DNA of 64,000 bases from Prochlorococcus sp. AG-679-M23 (GCA_003208875.1 QCUR01000001.1:128001-192000); one strand, 5' to 3'; counted from the stretch's first letter, positions 9,939-21,803 are shown. Notes: a model not told the origin generated them from the sequence alone. Made by a program: numbers and translations.

Positions 9939-10190
9939 TTAGATAGGTAACTCTAAACCTGGCCTACATTTAGACCACTTACCATATTCTTCTGAAAAAC
10001 TTGAACAAGACTGAACATCCCAATCAGTTTTAAAATCGCCATTTAAATCTTTGATGATACTTACGTGAATGTAAGGTTTTTTTGGTTTAAAGTTAGGAAT
10101 ATCACAAATGTGCTCAACACCATGATTTTTTTCAACATCATGATATGTCATACATCTATCAACTAATTTACAGTTAATACAAATGCACAT
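9939..10190 (-). CDS. ycf34: Ycf34-family small Cys-rich (Fe-S) protein
   Basis: MCICINCKLVDRCMTYHDVE...WDVQSCSSF; ATG at 10190. Confidence 0.9.
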   Translation of the reverse strand: MCICINCKLVDRCMTYHDVEKNHGVEHICDIPNFKPKKPYIHVSIIKDLNGDFKTDWDVQSCSSFSEEYGKWSKCRPGLELPI

Positions 10191-11424
10191 AATCAAGAAA
10201 GAAGATCTTAAAAATCATATTCTCATTGATCATACACTAATAATTAATGAAATAGAAAGAAGTATAAAATTTTATAATTGGGATTTTGTTTTATCTTCTT
10301 TACCTTCTGGATCTTGTTTAGTAGGTGGATATATAAGAGATTTAATTTTAGGAAGATTAAATTCTGTAATTGATGTTGATATTGTAGTTCCACAAAATGC
10401 TATTAATGTTGGTAAAAAAATTGCAGATAAATTTGAAGGTAAATTGATTATTCTTGATGAGGCGAGAGATGTAGTAAGAATTATTTTTAAACATATCTCA
10501 ATTGATATCGCTTCTCAAATTTCTCCTTCAATTGATATCGATTTATTAAGTCGAGATTTTTCTATAAATGCCATTGCTTTTTCTTTTGAAGAAAAACTTC
10601 TCATTGATCCATCAAATGGAATTAAAGACCTAAAGCTTTCTTTTTTGAGAACTAATTCAAAGCAGAATATATTAGATGATCCTTTAAGAATTTTAAGGTG
10701 CTTTCGTTTTATTTCTGAATTGGATTTTAATGTTGATGTAGATTTAATAGATTTTATTAAAACTTACAAAAATCAATTAATACTTGTTGCTAATGAAAGA
10801 ATTAATTATGAAATACAGCGAATAATAAGGGGGGAGGAAGCATCGCAGGCGATAATTTTAATAAATAAATTTAAAATTTTTGATTATATACAGTCACAAA
10901 AAAATTTGATATTTCTTGATTTAGATAAAATTAATTTTGAAGAATTTAACAAATTTGAAAAGGAAAAATTTTTACCCTTATTTTATCTTGTTCAAATTTT
11001 AGACGAATTTTCTTTGAAAAATTTAAAATTTAGCAAATCTGAAATTTCAAAAATTCGGCTATTAAGAAAATGGAATCTTTTATTGAAGATGCAAACTATT
11101 TATGAATTTAATGAAAGGGAAAGATTTGATTTACATCAAGAATTAGAAACTATTCTTCCATCTTTTATTCTTTTTTTGCCAGAATCATTTCATATAAATT
11201 GGCTCGCTAGATGGCGAGATAAAGATGATAAATTATTTCACCCTTCAAATTTAATAAAAGGGGACGTTTTAAAAAAATATTTAGAAATTCAAGATGGACC
11301 TATTCTAGGGAAGGTCATTAATTATCTTTCTATGGAACTTGCATATAATAGATTGAATAATTTTGATGAAGCTATATATAAAGGAAAGCAATGGATTCAA
11401 CAAAATGCGCCAAAATGTGATTAA
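10183..11424 (+). CDS. class II tRNA nucleotidyltransferase / poly(A) polymerase family, probably CC-adding
   Basis: VGGYIRD...DVDIV, SRDFSINA, DDPLRILR motifs; start uncertain. Confidence 0.85.
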   Translation: MHIIKKEDLKNHILIDHTLIINEIERSIKFYNWDFVLSSLPSGSCLVGGYIRDLILGRLNSVIDVDIVVPQNAINVGKKIADKFEGKLIILDEARDVVRIIFKHISIDIASQISPSIDIDLLSRDFSINAIAFSFEEKLLIDPSNGIKDLKLSFLRTNSKQNILDDPLRILRCFRFISELDFNVDVDLIDFIKTYKNQLILVANERINYEIQRIIRGEEASQAIILINKFKIFDYIQSQKNLIFLDLDKINFEEFNKFEKEKFLPLFYLVQILDEFSLKNLKFSKSEISKIRLLRKWNLLLKMQTIYEFNERERFDLHQELETILPSFILFLPESFHINWLARWRDKDDKLFHPSNLIKGDVLKKYLEIQDGPILGKVINYLSMELAYNRLNNFDEAIYKGKQWIQQNAPKCD

Positions 11425-11482
11425 ATACACATAGCTTAGTTTTTGTTTAAAGTTCAGACTTAAAATTATTTTTTAAAAATTT

Positions 11483-11902
11483 ATGAGCATTCGTATTTAC
11501 ATTGGAAATTTACCACAAGTATTTAATCCAAAAGAATTTGATAGTTTTTTAAAAACAGTATCGGATTCTATTAGATTTAAAGCTGTTTTAGATAAAGAAA
11601 CAAAAGAGTGTAGAGGATTTGGTTTTGCTACAACAAATAATGAACAAAATGCAAATTTAATAATCGAAAAGCTTAATGGTTTTGAATTTAATGGCTCCAA
11701 ATTGAGAGTTGAACTTTCTGAAAAGAAAGATTCTTCCTCACATAAGAGAAATAATTTAGGCTCTAATAAAAATAAAAAGAGGAAAGATTTTAAGAAGATT
11801 GTTCATAGCGATGCACCTAATCTTGAAGCCCCAGATCCCAGATGGGCCGGGGAACTTTCAAAATTAAAAGATTTGTTAGCTAATCAGAAAGCGCCTGCTT
11901 AG
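11483..11902 (+). CDS. RRM-type RNA-binding protein
   Basis: IYIGNL (RNP2) and RGFGF (RNP1); C-terminal PDPRWA motif of cyanobacterial Rbp3-like proteins. Confidence 0.9.
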   Translation: MSIRIYIGNLPQVFNPKEFDSFLKTVSDSIRFKAVLDKETKECRGFGFATTNNEQNANLIIEKLNGFEFNGSKLRVELSEKKDSSSHKRNNLGSNKNKKRKDFKKIVHSDAPNLEAPDPRWAGELSKLKDLLANQKAPA

Positions 11903-12811
11903 CTATTTGATTCTTGAGATTAAATAAGATATTGGTATTTCAAACGCTTTTACTGAATTCTTTACAAAAGCTCTATTATTAAAGACATCATAATCTAATC
12001 TTTCAATAGAATCTAATATTCCTCTATAAAGGCGTAAAGATGTCCAGACAGGCCATCTTGCATCTGCAGATAACCACTTAATGCCATCTTCAGATTTTTT
12101 AAACCAATCCCTAGCTCTTATTAATTGAAAATTCATAAGCATCTTCCATTGATTATTTATTACTCCTTTTAATAACTCTTCTTCAGAATAATTAAATTTA
12201 TTCATATCATCCTGGGGTAAATATATCCTACCTCTTTGTCTGTCTTCTCCAACATCTCTTAAAATGTTAGTAAGTTGATTTGCTATTCCTAGAGCTATAG
12301 CTGCTTCTGAGGAGTCAGGCATATTGCTCCATGGCGCTGATGTATAGGCACTATCTATGCCCATTACATTCTGAGTCATTAATCCCACTGTCCCTGCTAC
12401 GCGATAACAGTAAAGCTGTAATTCAGAAAAACTTTTGTATCTAAATTTTTTAAGATCCATTCTCTGACCCTCAATCATATCTAAATATGGTTCTATTTTC
12501 TGTGGAAATTTTTCTATTGTATCGAAAAGAACAGCATCTAAGTCTGATTGTATTTTTCCTTTGAAAACATTTTTTGTGTTTTCTTCCCATTCATTTAAAT
12601 TATCTGAAAGTTCCTCAGTTGTCTTAGTTGAAGCTTCAATGCTATCCATTATTTCATCAGTTCTTCTGCACCAAACGTAAATAGCCCAAATAGCTTTTCT
12701 TTTTTCGTAAGGTAATAAAAGTGTCCCTAAATAAAAAGTTTTAGCCCATTTTTGAGTTTCTTTTTGGCATATTTCATATGCTTTATTAAGTTGGGATAAT
12801 GAATTTTTCAA
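11903..12811 (-). CDS. crtB: phytoene synthase
   Basis: KTFYLGT, WCRRTDE, YCYRVAGTVG, NQLTNILRDVGED. Confidence 0.97.
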   Translation of the reverse strand: MKNSLSQLNKAYEICQKETQKWAKTFYLGTLLLPYEKRKAIWAIYVWCRRTDEIMDSIEASTKTTEELSDNLNEWEENTKNVFKGKIQSDLDAVLFDTIEKFPQKIEPYLDMIEGQRMDLKKFRYKSFSELQLYCYRVAGTVGLMTQNVMGIDSAYTSAPWSNMPDSSEAAIALGIANQLTNILRDVGEDRQRGRIYLPQDDMNKFNYSEEELLKGVINNQWKMLMNFQLIRARDWFKKSEDGIKWLSADARWPVWTSLRLYRGILDSIERLDYDVFNNRAFVKNSVKAFEIPISYLISRIK

Positions 12812-12832
12812 AAAAGGTTTTATTCTTGAGGT

Positions 12833-14296
<1,464 letters not shown>

Positions 14297-14343
14297 CTAA
14301 AGTTAAGACATAATTGTTTTTTTTGTTGATTATTTTTCAGATT

Positions 14344-14691
14344 ATGGAAAAAATGCTTTTAAAGTCAACCACTAGGCATGTAAGAATATTTACTGCTGAT
14401 GTGGTTAATAACGATTTAATATTTGATTCTAATAAATTAACTCTCGACTTAGATCCTGATAATGAATTTATTTGGAATGAAGACTCTTTAAATAAAGTAA
14501 ATCAAAAATTTACTGAACTTGTTCAAGAAAGAGCCGGAAAAAGTTTAGATGACTATGAACTTCGTAAAATAGGATCAGAAATTGAAGGTTTAATCAAATA
14601 TTTGCTTCAAAATGGATTATTAAGCTATAACCCAGAATGTAGAGTTATGAATTATTCAATGGGTTTACCTAAGACAAAAGAAGTACTGTGA
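14344..14691 (+). CDS. ndhM: NDH-1 subunit M
   Basis: [13 protein letters not shown]...DPDNEFIW...[13 protein letters not shown] 14344 preferred. Confidence 0.92.
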   Translation: MEKMLLKSTTRHVRIFTADVVNNDLIFDSNKLTLDLDPDNEFIWNEDSLNKVNQKFTELVQERAGKSLDDYELRKIGSEIEGLIKYLLQNGLLSYNPECRVMNYSMGLPKTKEVL

Positions 14692-15305
14692 ATAAATATC
14701 CTAATAGGGGTACAAGAAGAGACCCTGGCAAAAATTCTTATTCCTCAAGGGATGGTGATAATTATATGCAGCGCGGTAGAAGAATACCTCCTTCTAACTC
14801 TGGACAAAAAAATAATTTCAGCACCGGAACAATTGCTGTACTTGCTGGCGTTTTGATACTAGGGGTAGGTATAGGTAGTGCTATTACTAGTACAACTGAT
14901 GGAGGGCAGGGTAATATAGCTAGTCAACAGCAATTAGACATGGCCGTTCCAGACCCTGAATTTTGTAGGCAATGGGGAGCAAGTGCTTTCGTGATTGATG
15001 TAGAAATGTATACAACACTTAATCCTTCAACTAGTTTTGTAACACAACCTGCACTGCAACCTGGTTGCGTTATTCGAAGGGAGAATTGGACAGTTTTACA
15101 AAAACAAGGAGCTATAAGTAATGAGGATGTTAGAGAATGTAAGCAAAGAATGAATACTTTTGCTTACATAGGGTCAATAAGAGATAAGCCTATTGTTAAG
15201 TGTGTTTATCAAACTGATGTAAATGAGAACAAATTCATTATCAAAGGTGACGGGCAAGCTGAAGATGGAGGGGTGGGAATCAATAAGGAAGCTATTCAAT
15301 TTTAG
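14688..15305 (+). CDS. conserved cyanobacterial single-pass membrane protein (DUF3172-like)
   Basis: TM segment [15 protein letters not shown] followed by FCRQWGASA...QPGCV...[12 protein letters not shown] overlap with ndhM. Confidence 0.7.
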   Translation: MNKYPNRGTRRDPGKNSYSSRDGDNYMQRGRRIPPSNSGQKNNFSTGTIAVLAGVLILGVGIGSAITSTTDGGQGNIASQQQLDMAVPDPEFCRQWGASAFVIDVEMYTTLNPSTSFVTQPALQPGCVIRRENWTVLQKQGAISNEDVRECKQRMNTFAYIGSIRDKPIVKCVYQTDVNENKFIIKGDGQAEDGGVGINKEAIQF

Positions 15306-15307
15306 AT

Positions 15308-16255
15308 TTAGTTAAGTTGTCTTAATGGGCTTTCAGAGCTTGCAAATTGAGGCAATATATATTTTTTAAAAACTTCTGATGCTCTTGATGTGTATCTTGA
15401 TGGATTTGTAATTAATTTTAACTCTCTTTTTACCTCTAAATCAGCTATTTGGGGCTTGTGAATTGACCCGCCTGCTAATTCTCTCTCAATTGAAACAACA
15501 GGTAAAAAAGAAACACCAAGACCAGATTGAACTGCATTTTTAATTGCTTCAAGAGAATTTAACTCCATTTCTATTTTTAATCTTTGAATATCAAGCCCAG
15601 AATCCTTTAAAAGTTTATCAACAACTTTTCTGGTTGTTGATTGAGAATCTAATGTGACGAAATTTAGTTTGTATAAATCTTCTTTCATCAGTTCTTTCTT
15701 GTTGGCAAGTGGGTGTTTTGGTGGCAATACAAGAGCTAATTCATCAGTTGCATATGGAATTACTTGTAACAAGTTTTCTAGATCTCCTGGTAATTGACCT
15801 CCAATTATTGCTAAATCAATTTGACCATTAGCAACGCTCCAACCTGTTCTTCTAGTGCTGTGAACCTGTAGTTGGACAGATACATCAGGATATTTTTGAC
15901 GAAAAAGCCCAATCATTCTTGGCATTAAGTAGGTACCGGTAGTTTGACTAGCTCCAATTATGAGTGTTCCACCTTTTAAACTATTTAAGTCTTCAATAGC
16001 TTTGCAAGCCTCATCACATTGATTCAGGATTCTTTCGCAATATTCAAGTAATAGCTTACCTCCTTCAGTTAAAAGTGCTTTTCTACCACCTCTATCAAAA
16101 ATTGTTATTTCAAGTTGTTTTTCTAAATTTTGAATTTGTAAACTGACAGCTGGTTGGGTCACATAAAGTAAATCAGCAGCCTTTTTAAAACTTCCTTGAG
16201 CTGCAATAGCTTTTAATATTCTTAATTGGTCAAGAGTAAAAGGTAATTCTGGCAT
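15308..16255 (-). CDS. rbcR: LysR-family regulator RbcR/Ycf30-like
   Basis: [14 protein letters not shown]...[34 protein letters not shown]. Confidence 0.85.
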   Translation of the reverse strand: MPELPFTLDQLRILKAIAAQGSFKKAADLLYVTQPAVSLQIQNLEKQLEITIFDRGGRKALLTEGGKLLLEYCERILNQCDEACKAIEDLNSLKGGTLIIGASQTTGTYLMPRMIGLFRQKYPDVSVQLQVHSTRRTGWSVANGQIDLAIIGGQLPGDLENLLQVIPYATDELALVLPPKHPLANKKELMKEDLYKLNFVTLDSQSTTRKVVDKLLKDSGLDIQRLKIEMELNSLEAIKNAVQSGLGVSFLPVVSIERELAGGSIHKPQIADLEVKRELKLITNPSRYTSRASEVFKKYILPQFASSESPLRQLN

Positions 16256-16339
16256 TATTTTTATGCCTACAATTTCACTTCAATTCTAATACCTAAGGGT
16301 ATTATTGTTAATGATAAATAACTTGTATTTTGAAATTAT

Positions 16340-17068
16340 ATGGAGACTCACAAAACTTCTTTGTTGATTTTGGGATTAATATTAATTTTTGCTGTTATTC
16401 ATAGTGGAGGTGCTGCTTTAAGAAGTAGAGCAGAGGCTTTTATGGGAGCAAGATTATGGAGATTACTTTTTGTTTCTTTAAGTTTGCCATCTGCAGTTAT
16501 TTTAATTAGTTATTTTTTAGCTCATAGATACGATGGCATTAGATTATGGAATTTTCAGGGTAATCACTTTGTATTTTTGTTGGTTTGGATTTTAACTGCT
16601 ATCAGTTTCTTATTTCTATATCCTGCAACATATAATTTATTAGAAATTCCCTCAGTTTTAAAACCTCAAGTTAGGATATATGGAACTGGAATTATGCGAA
16701 TAACAAGACATCCGCAAGCATTTGGCCAAATTATTTGGTGTTTAGCTCATACATTATGGATTGGGACATCTTTTACATTCATAACTTCGTTAGGGCTAAT
16801 TTTGCATCATCTTTTTGCAATATGGCATGGTGATAAAAGATTAGAAATTAAATTTGGTGAAGAATTTTATAAGTATAAAGAAAGTACCTCAATAATCCCA
16901 TTTGTCGCAATATTTGATGGTAGACAGCAAATTAAAGTAAAAGAATTTTTTAAATTATCACAAATTGGGATATTAATAGCAATTGCAATACTCTGGTGGT
17001 CTCATAAATATATAAATATTGCTGTTACAACATTTAATTCATCTTTTATGTCTAAAATTTTCAATTAG
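16340..17068 (+). CDS. NnrU-family membrane protein, probable 15-cis-zeta-carotene isomerase (Z-ISO)
   Basis: FAVIHSGGAALR, SFLFLYPATYNLLE, GIMRITRHPQ, WHGDKRL as in Z-ISO. Confidence 0.8.
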   Translation: METHKTSLLILGLILIFAVIHSGGAALRSRAEAFMGARLWRLLFVSLSLPSAVILISYFLAHRYDGIRLWNFQGNHFVFLLVWILTAISFLFLYPATYNLLEIPSVLKPQVRIYGTGIMRITRHPQAFGQIIWCLAHTLWIGTSFTFITSLGLILHHLFAIWHGDKRLEIKFGEEFYKYKESTSIIPFVAIFDGRQQIKVKEFFKLSQIGILIAIAILWWSHKYINIAVTTFNSSFMSKIFN

Positions 17069-17101
17069 CAGTTTAGTATTAATGTATAAATATTATTAAA
17101 T

Positions 17102-19114
17102 ATGCCTCAAGCTTCAGAAATTGCCTGGTTGATTCCTGTCTTTCCACTTATTGGTGCAGTGTTTTCTGGTTTGGGTTTAATATGTGCGAATAAAAAAATC
17201 AATAATTCTAGAGAAATTGTTTCTATCAGTCTTTTGTCGTTCGTTGGAGTTTCTGCTGTAATTAGTTATAAAACATTAATTGAGCAAATCAATGGTTACC
17301 AATCAGTAGAAAAATTATTTGTTTGGGCAAGTGCTGGAGATTTTACAATCCCAATGGGATTCGTTCTCGACCCATTAGGCAGCGTAATGCTCACATTGGT
17401 AACCACTATTACTTTATTAGTCATGATTTATTCTCATGGTTATATGTCTCATGACAAAGGTTACGTAAGATTTTTTACATATCTAGCACTTTTCAGTAGT
17501 TCGATGATGGGATTAATTATTAGCCCGAACTTATTAGAAATATACGTTTTTTGGGAATTAGTAGGAATGTGTTCATACTTATTAGTTGGTTTCTGGTACG
17601 ACAGAGATGGTGCAGCAAATGCTGCTCAAAAAGCTTTTGTCGTAAATAGAGTTGGAGACTTTGGCTTATTACTCGGAATTTTGGGTTTATTTTGGGCTAC
17701 AAAAAGCTTTGACTTTAATGAAATTGCAATAGGAGTATCACAGTCAGTTTCAGAGAATTCATTGCCAGTCTGGGCTGCATTATTACTTTGTTTTTTAGTC
17801 TTCTTAGGACCTATGGCGAAATCTGCTCAATTTCCTCTTCATGTATGGTTACCAGACGCTATGGAAGGACCAACCCCTATCTCAGCGCTTATTCATGCAG
17901 CGACGATGGTTGCTGCTGGAATATTCTTAGTAGCAAGGCTCCAACCTCTATACTCTTTATTCCCTTCAATTCAATTTATTATTGCTTTGGTTGGCACTAT
18001 TACATGTTTCCTAGGAGCGTCTATAGCCTTAACCCAGATGGATCTCAAAAAAGGTTTGGCATATAGTACGGTTTCTCAGCTCGGTTATATGATGCTTGCG
18101 ATGGGTTGTGGTGCTCCCGTAGCAGGAATTTTTCACTTGATAACACATGCTTGTTTTAAAGCAATGTTGTTTTTAGGGTCTGGCTCAGTAATTCATGCTA
18201 TGGAAGAAGTTGTTGGTCATCAACCTGTACTTGCCCAAGATATGAGGTTGATGGGAGGTTTAAGAAAAAAAATGCCCTTTACTTCTACGACTTTCTTAAT
18301 AGGTTGCGTAGCAATAAGTGGTATTCCTCCATTAGCTGGATTTTGGAGTAAAGATGAAATATTGGGAAACGCCTTTATCTCATTTCCTGCTTTTTGGTTT
18401 GTGGGATTTTTAACAGCTGGAATGACCGCCTTTTATATGTTTAGACTTTATTTTTTAACTTTTGAAGGAGATTTTAGAGGTGAAGATAAGGATTTACAAA
18501 AAGAACTTTTATTAGCTTCTAAAATTAATATAGAAGAAGATCATCAAGAGGAAAATGGCTCACTACATGAGTCTCCTTGGTCTATGACATTCCCATTAGT
18601 TTTTCTAGCAGTACCTTCAGTAATAATTGGGTTTATGGGATTTCCTTGGGATAGTAAATTTGCAAATTTATTAGATCCCGAAGAAGCATTGATTGCTATA
18701 GAGTCCTTTGAATTAACAGAATTTTTGCCTCTAGCTATTGCATCTGTTTTCATTGCCTCAATTGGTATAACTATTGCTTATCAAGCTTATTTTGCTAAGA
18801 AAATAAACTTATCAATATTATTTGCACAAAGATTTCCATCTGTTAATAAGTTTTTATCAAATAAATGGTATTTGGACGATATTAATGAAAAACTTTTTGT
18901 GAAAGGTAGTAGAAAACTTGCAAAAGAAGTTTTAGAAGTTGATTCCAAAGTGGTAGATGGAGTGGTGAATCTTACTGGACTTGTAACATTGGGAAGTGGT
19001 GAGGGCTTAAAGTATTTTGAAACCGGTAGAGCTCAATTTTATGCTCTGATAGTTTTTGGAGGAGTGATTTTGTTGGTAGCAATATTTGGTTTCCAATCGC
19101 CCCAAGTAACTTAA
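17102..19114 (+). CDS. ndhF: NDH-1 subunit 5 (NdhF1)
   Basis: KSAQFPLHVWLPDAMEGPTPISALIHAATMV; multi-TM. Confidence 0.97.
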   Translation: MPQASEIAWLIPVFPLIGAVFSGLGLICANKKINNSREIVSISLLSFVGVSAVISYKTLIEQINGYQSVEKLFVWASAGDFTIPMGFVLDPLGSVMLTLVTTITLLVMIYSHGYMSHDKGYVRFFTYLALFSSSMMGLIISPNLLEIYVFWELVGMCSYLLVGFWYDRDGAANAAQKAFVVNRVGDFGLLLGILGLFWATKSFDFNEIAIGVSQSVSENSLPVWAALLLCFLVFLGPMAKSAQFPLHVWLPDAMEGPTPISALIHAATMVAAGIFLVARLQPLYSLFPSIQFIIALVGTITCFLGASIALTQMDLKKGLAYSTVSQLGYMMLAMGCGAPVAGIFHLITHACFKAMLFLGSGSVIHAMEEVVGHQPVLAQDMRLMGGLRKKMPFTSTTFLIGCVAISGIPPLAGFWSKDEILGNAFISFPAFWFVGFLTAGMTAFYMFRLYFLTFEGDFRGEDKDLQKELLLASKINIEEDHQEENGSLHESPWSMTFPLVFLAVPSVIIGFMGFPWDSKFANLLDPEEALIAIESFELTEFLPLAIASVFIASIGITIAYQAYFAKKINLSILFAQRFPSVNKFLSNKWYLDDINEKLFVKGSRKLAKEVLEVDSKVVDGVVNLTGLVTLGSGEGLKYFETGRAQFYALIVFGGVILLVAIFGFQSPQVT

Positions 19115-19198
19115 TAACAAATGTGTGTCTTCACTGTTCATGGGATGAAAAAATCTAGATAATTTCTAGAATTTGTTTAAGATCATTCTCTTATTCAT

Positions 19199-20839
19199 TT
19201 GAGTAGCTATTTTTTTACGCATTTTGCACTACATACAATAGGAACATTGGGTGGAGGTATATCTAATTTCCCTTGGCTCTCAGTATCTATTCTTTTCCCT
19301 ATTGGATGCGCATTTTTGATACCTTTTTTCCCCGATAAAGGAGAGGGTAAAGAAGTAAGATGGTTTGCTTTAAGTGTTGCTTTAATTACTTTTCTAGTAA
19401 CAGTAGGATCTTACATAAACGGTTTTGATATAAATAATGAAGATGTTCAACTTAAAGAAAGTATAAATTGGCTTCCTAATCTAGGACTTACTTGGTCAGT
19501 CGGCGCTGATGGAATGTCAATGCCTCTTATATTATTAACTAGTTTTATAACGGCGCTAGCTGTCTTAGCTGCATGGCCTGTCAAGTTTAAGCCAAAATTA
19601 TTTTTCTTTTTAATACTTATCATGGATGGAGGACAAATAGCTGTTTTTGCTGTTCAAGATATGCTCCTATTCTTTTTAAGTTGGGAACTCGAACTTCTGC
19701 CGGTTTATTTACTTTTAGCTATCTGGGGAGGAAAAAATAGACAATATGCAGCTACAAAATTCATTATCTATACAGCCGGGAGTTCTATCTTTATTCTTTT
19801 AGCTGCGTTGGCAATGGGTTTTTATGGAACTGAAGTTCCAAATTTTGAGTTTTCTCATTTAGCTAATCAAGATTTTGGCCAAAACTTTCAAATCCTTTGT
19901 TACATCGGTTTATTAATTGCTTTTGGTGTGAAACTCCCTATTGTTCCTTTACATACATGGCTACCTGATGCTCATGGAGAGGCTACAGCACCAGTTCATA
20001 TGTTGTTGGCTGGAATTTTATTGAAGATGGGCGGATATGCACTTTTAAGATTTAATGCACAATTATTACCTATTGCACATGCTCAATTCGCTCCACTATT
20101 AATACTCCTTGGAGTAGTCAATATAATTTACGCTGCTTTAACATCATTTGCACAAAGAAATCTTAAAAGGAAAATTGCTTATAGTTCTATAAGTCATATG
20201 GGTTTTGTCTTAATTGGAATAGGAAGTTTTAGTAGTCTTGGGACAAGTGGAGCGATGTTGCAAATGGTTAGTCATGGACTAATTGGAGCAAGTTTATTTT
20301 TTCTTGTTGGAGCAACTTATGACAGAACAAAGACTCTAAAACTCGATGAAATGGGTGGAGTAGGCCAAAAAATGCGTATTATGTTTGCATTGTGGACTGC
20401 CTGCTCTCTTGCTTCTCTTGCCTTACCAGGTATGAGTGGATTTGTTTCTGAGTTAATGGTATTTACTGGATTTGTTACGGATGAAGTTTATACTTTGCCT
20501 TTTAGAGTAATAATGGCATCTTTAGCTGCAATAGGGGTGATACTTACTCCAATTTATTTACTGTCAATGTTACGTGAGATTTTCTTTGGTAAAGAAAATC
20601 CAAAGTTAACTGAAGATAAGAATTTAATTGATGCAGAGCCTAGAGAGATATATATTATAGCCTGTTTACTCTTACCAATAATAGGTATAGGTTTATATCC
20701 AAGATTAGTTACAGAAAGTTATTTGGCTACGATAAATAACTTGGTTGACAGAGATCTAAATGCTGTTAAAAGCACACCTAAGACAAATGTATTTGCGGGA
20801 AATAAATCAAATCAAATATTAAAAGCACCAACTATATAA
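19199..20839 (+). CDS. ndhD: NDH-1 subunit 4 (NdhD1)
   Basis: [29 protein letters not shown]; start could be the later TTG at 19247. Confidence 0.96.
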   Translation: MSSYFFTHFALHTIGTLGGGISNFPWLSVSILFPIGCAFLIPFFPDKGEGKEVRWFALSVALITFLVTVGSYINGFDINNEDVQLKESINWLPNLGLTWSVGADGMSMPLILLTSFITALAVLAAWPVKFKPKLFFFLILIMDGGQIAVFAVQDMLLFFLSWELELLPVYLLLAIWGGKNRQYAATKFIIYTAGSSIFILLAALAMGFYGTEVPNFEFSHLANQDFGQNFQILCYIGLLIAFGVKLPIVPLHTWLPDAHGEATAPVHMLLAGILLKMGGYALLRFNAQLLPIAHAQFAPLLILLGVVNIIYAALTSFAQRNLKRKIAYSSISHMGFVLIGIGSFSSLGTSGAMLQMVSHGLIGASLFFLVGATYDRTKTLKLDEMGGVGQKMRIMFALWTACSLASLALPGMSGFVSELMVFTGFVTDEVYTLPFRVIMASLAAIGVILTPIYLLSMLREIFFGKENPKLTEDKNLIDAEPREIYIIACLLLPIIGIGLYPRLVTESYLATINNLVDRDLNAVKSTPKTNVFAGNKSNQILKAPTI

Positions 20840-20935
20840 TTTTCTTAATATGTTTATTATTTTTTTGGCATAACAATTGATATAAAGATATCTTGAAATA
20901 GATTATATATAATTAAAGTAACTAATTCTCAATCT

Positions 20936-21784
20936 ATTGATGGGTCACAGCTAGGGCCTAGATTACTCATAAAATTCCTTCAAGATGCAGCTGGAAGAGG
21001 TGATCTTGATCCATGGGATATTGATGTTATAAGTGTTATCGATAGTTTTTTAGAGCAGTTTAATCATAATTTGCAATATTCATCTAATAATCAAACTTCA
21101 TATCAAAAAGACTTATCTGAGACAAGTGAAGCATTTTTTGCCGCCTCTGTATTAGTTAATTTAAAAGCTCAAGTTTTAGAATCTGATGTATTTCAAGAAG
21201 AAACATTAGGTTATGAAGAGGAAATTGGGATGGATAATCAAGAATGGATCAATGAAGGATTTGACATGCCAAAATATCCTGAAAAATATCTTAGAAGAAG
21301 ATCTGTAGCTCAACCCGTTATTAAACGTACATCTACATTAGGAGAACTTGTTAGCCAATTGGAATCTATTGCAGAAATAATTGAAACGCAGGATCTTTTG
21401 CTTATGAAAAGGAAAAGAAATAAAAAATATTCTGATAAGGCTTTGATCTCTAAAGTTCAATCTTTAGCGCATCGTGAAAAGCTTCCTGAAACAACTAAAG
21501 CACTTGGCAAGTTTCTTGATGGATGGGAAAAGGCATTACAATGGACTGATTTTGAATATTTAGTTAATAAATGGCAGACAGTAGTCAAAAGTGATTTAGA
21601 TAAAGATAGGCTGGGTGTATTTTGGGCTTTGTTATTTTTATCATCAGAAAATAAAATTGAATTAAAACAACAATATTCTCTCTATGGCCCAATACAAATT
21701 AAAAGGATTATTCAAGATGGAGAATTAGCTCAATTACCTATTGAAAATCTTGAGGTTTCAGAAAATTCTTCGACTGCTGCTTAG
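20936..21784 (+). CDS. scpA: segregation and condensation protein A (kleisin); true start upstream of track start 21071 and uncertain
   Basis: Frame open from 20897 encodes GPRLLIKFLQDAAGRGDLDPWDIDVISVIDSFL (ScpA N-terminal DPWDID motif); C-terminal VFWALLFL...IELKQQYSLYGPI. Confidence 0.85.
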   Translation: MDGSQLGPRLLIKFLQDAAGRGDLDPWDIDVISVIDSFLEQFNHNLQYSSNNQTSYQKDLSETSEAFFAASVLVNLKAQVLESDVFQEETLGYEEEIGMDNQEWINEGFDMPKYPEKYLRRRSVAQPVIKRTSTLGELVSQLESIAEIIETQDLLLMKRKRNKKYSDKALISKVQSLAHREKLPETTKALGKFLDGWEKALQWTDFEYLVNKWQTVVKSDLDKDRLGVFWALLFLSSENKIELKQQYSLYGPIQIKRIIQDGELAQLPIENLEVSENSSTAA

Positions 21785-21803
21785 TAGTAAAAGAGTAATA
21801 AAG

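Noticed and set aside
17788..18066. Same-strand alternative-frame ORFs (also 28240, 33823, 42458)
   Set aside because: Nested in conserved genes whose main frame is intact; no frameshift signal or motif seen
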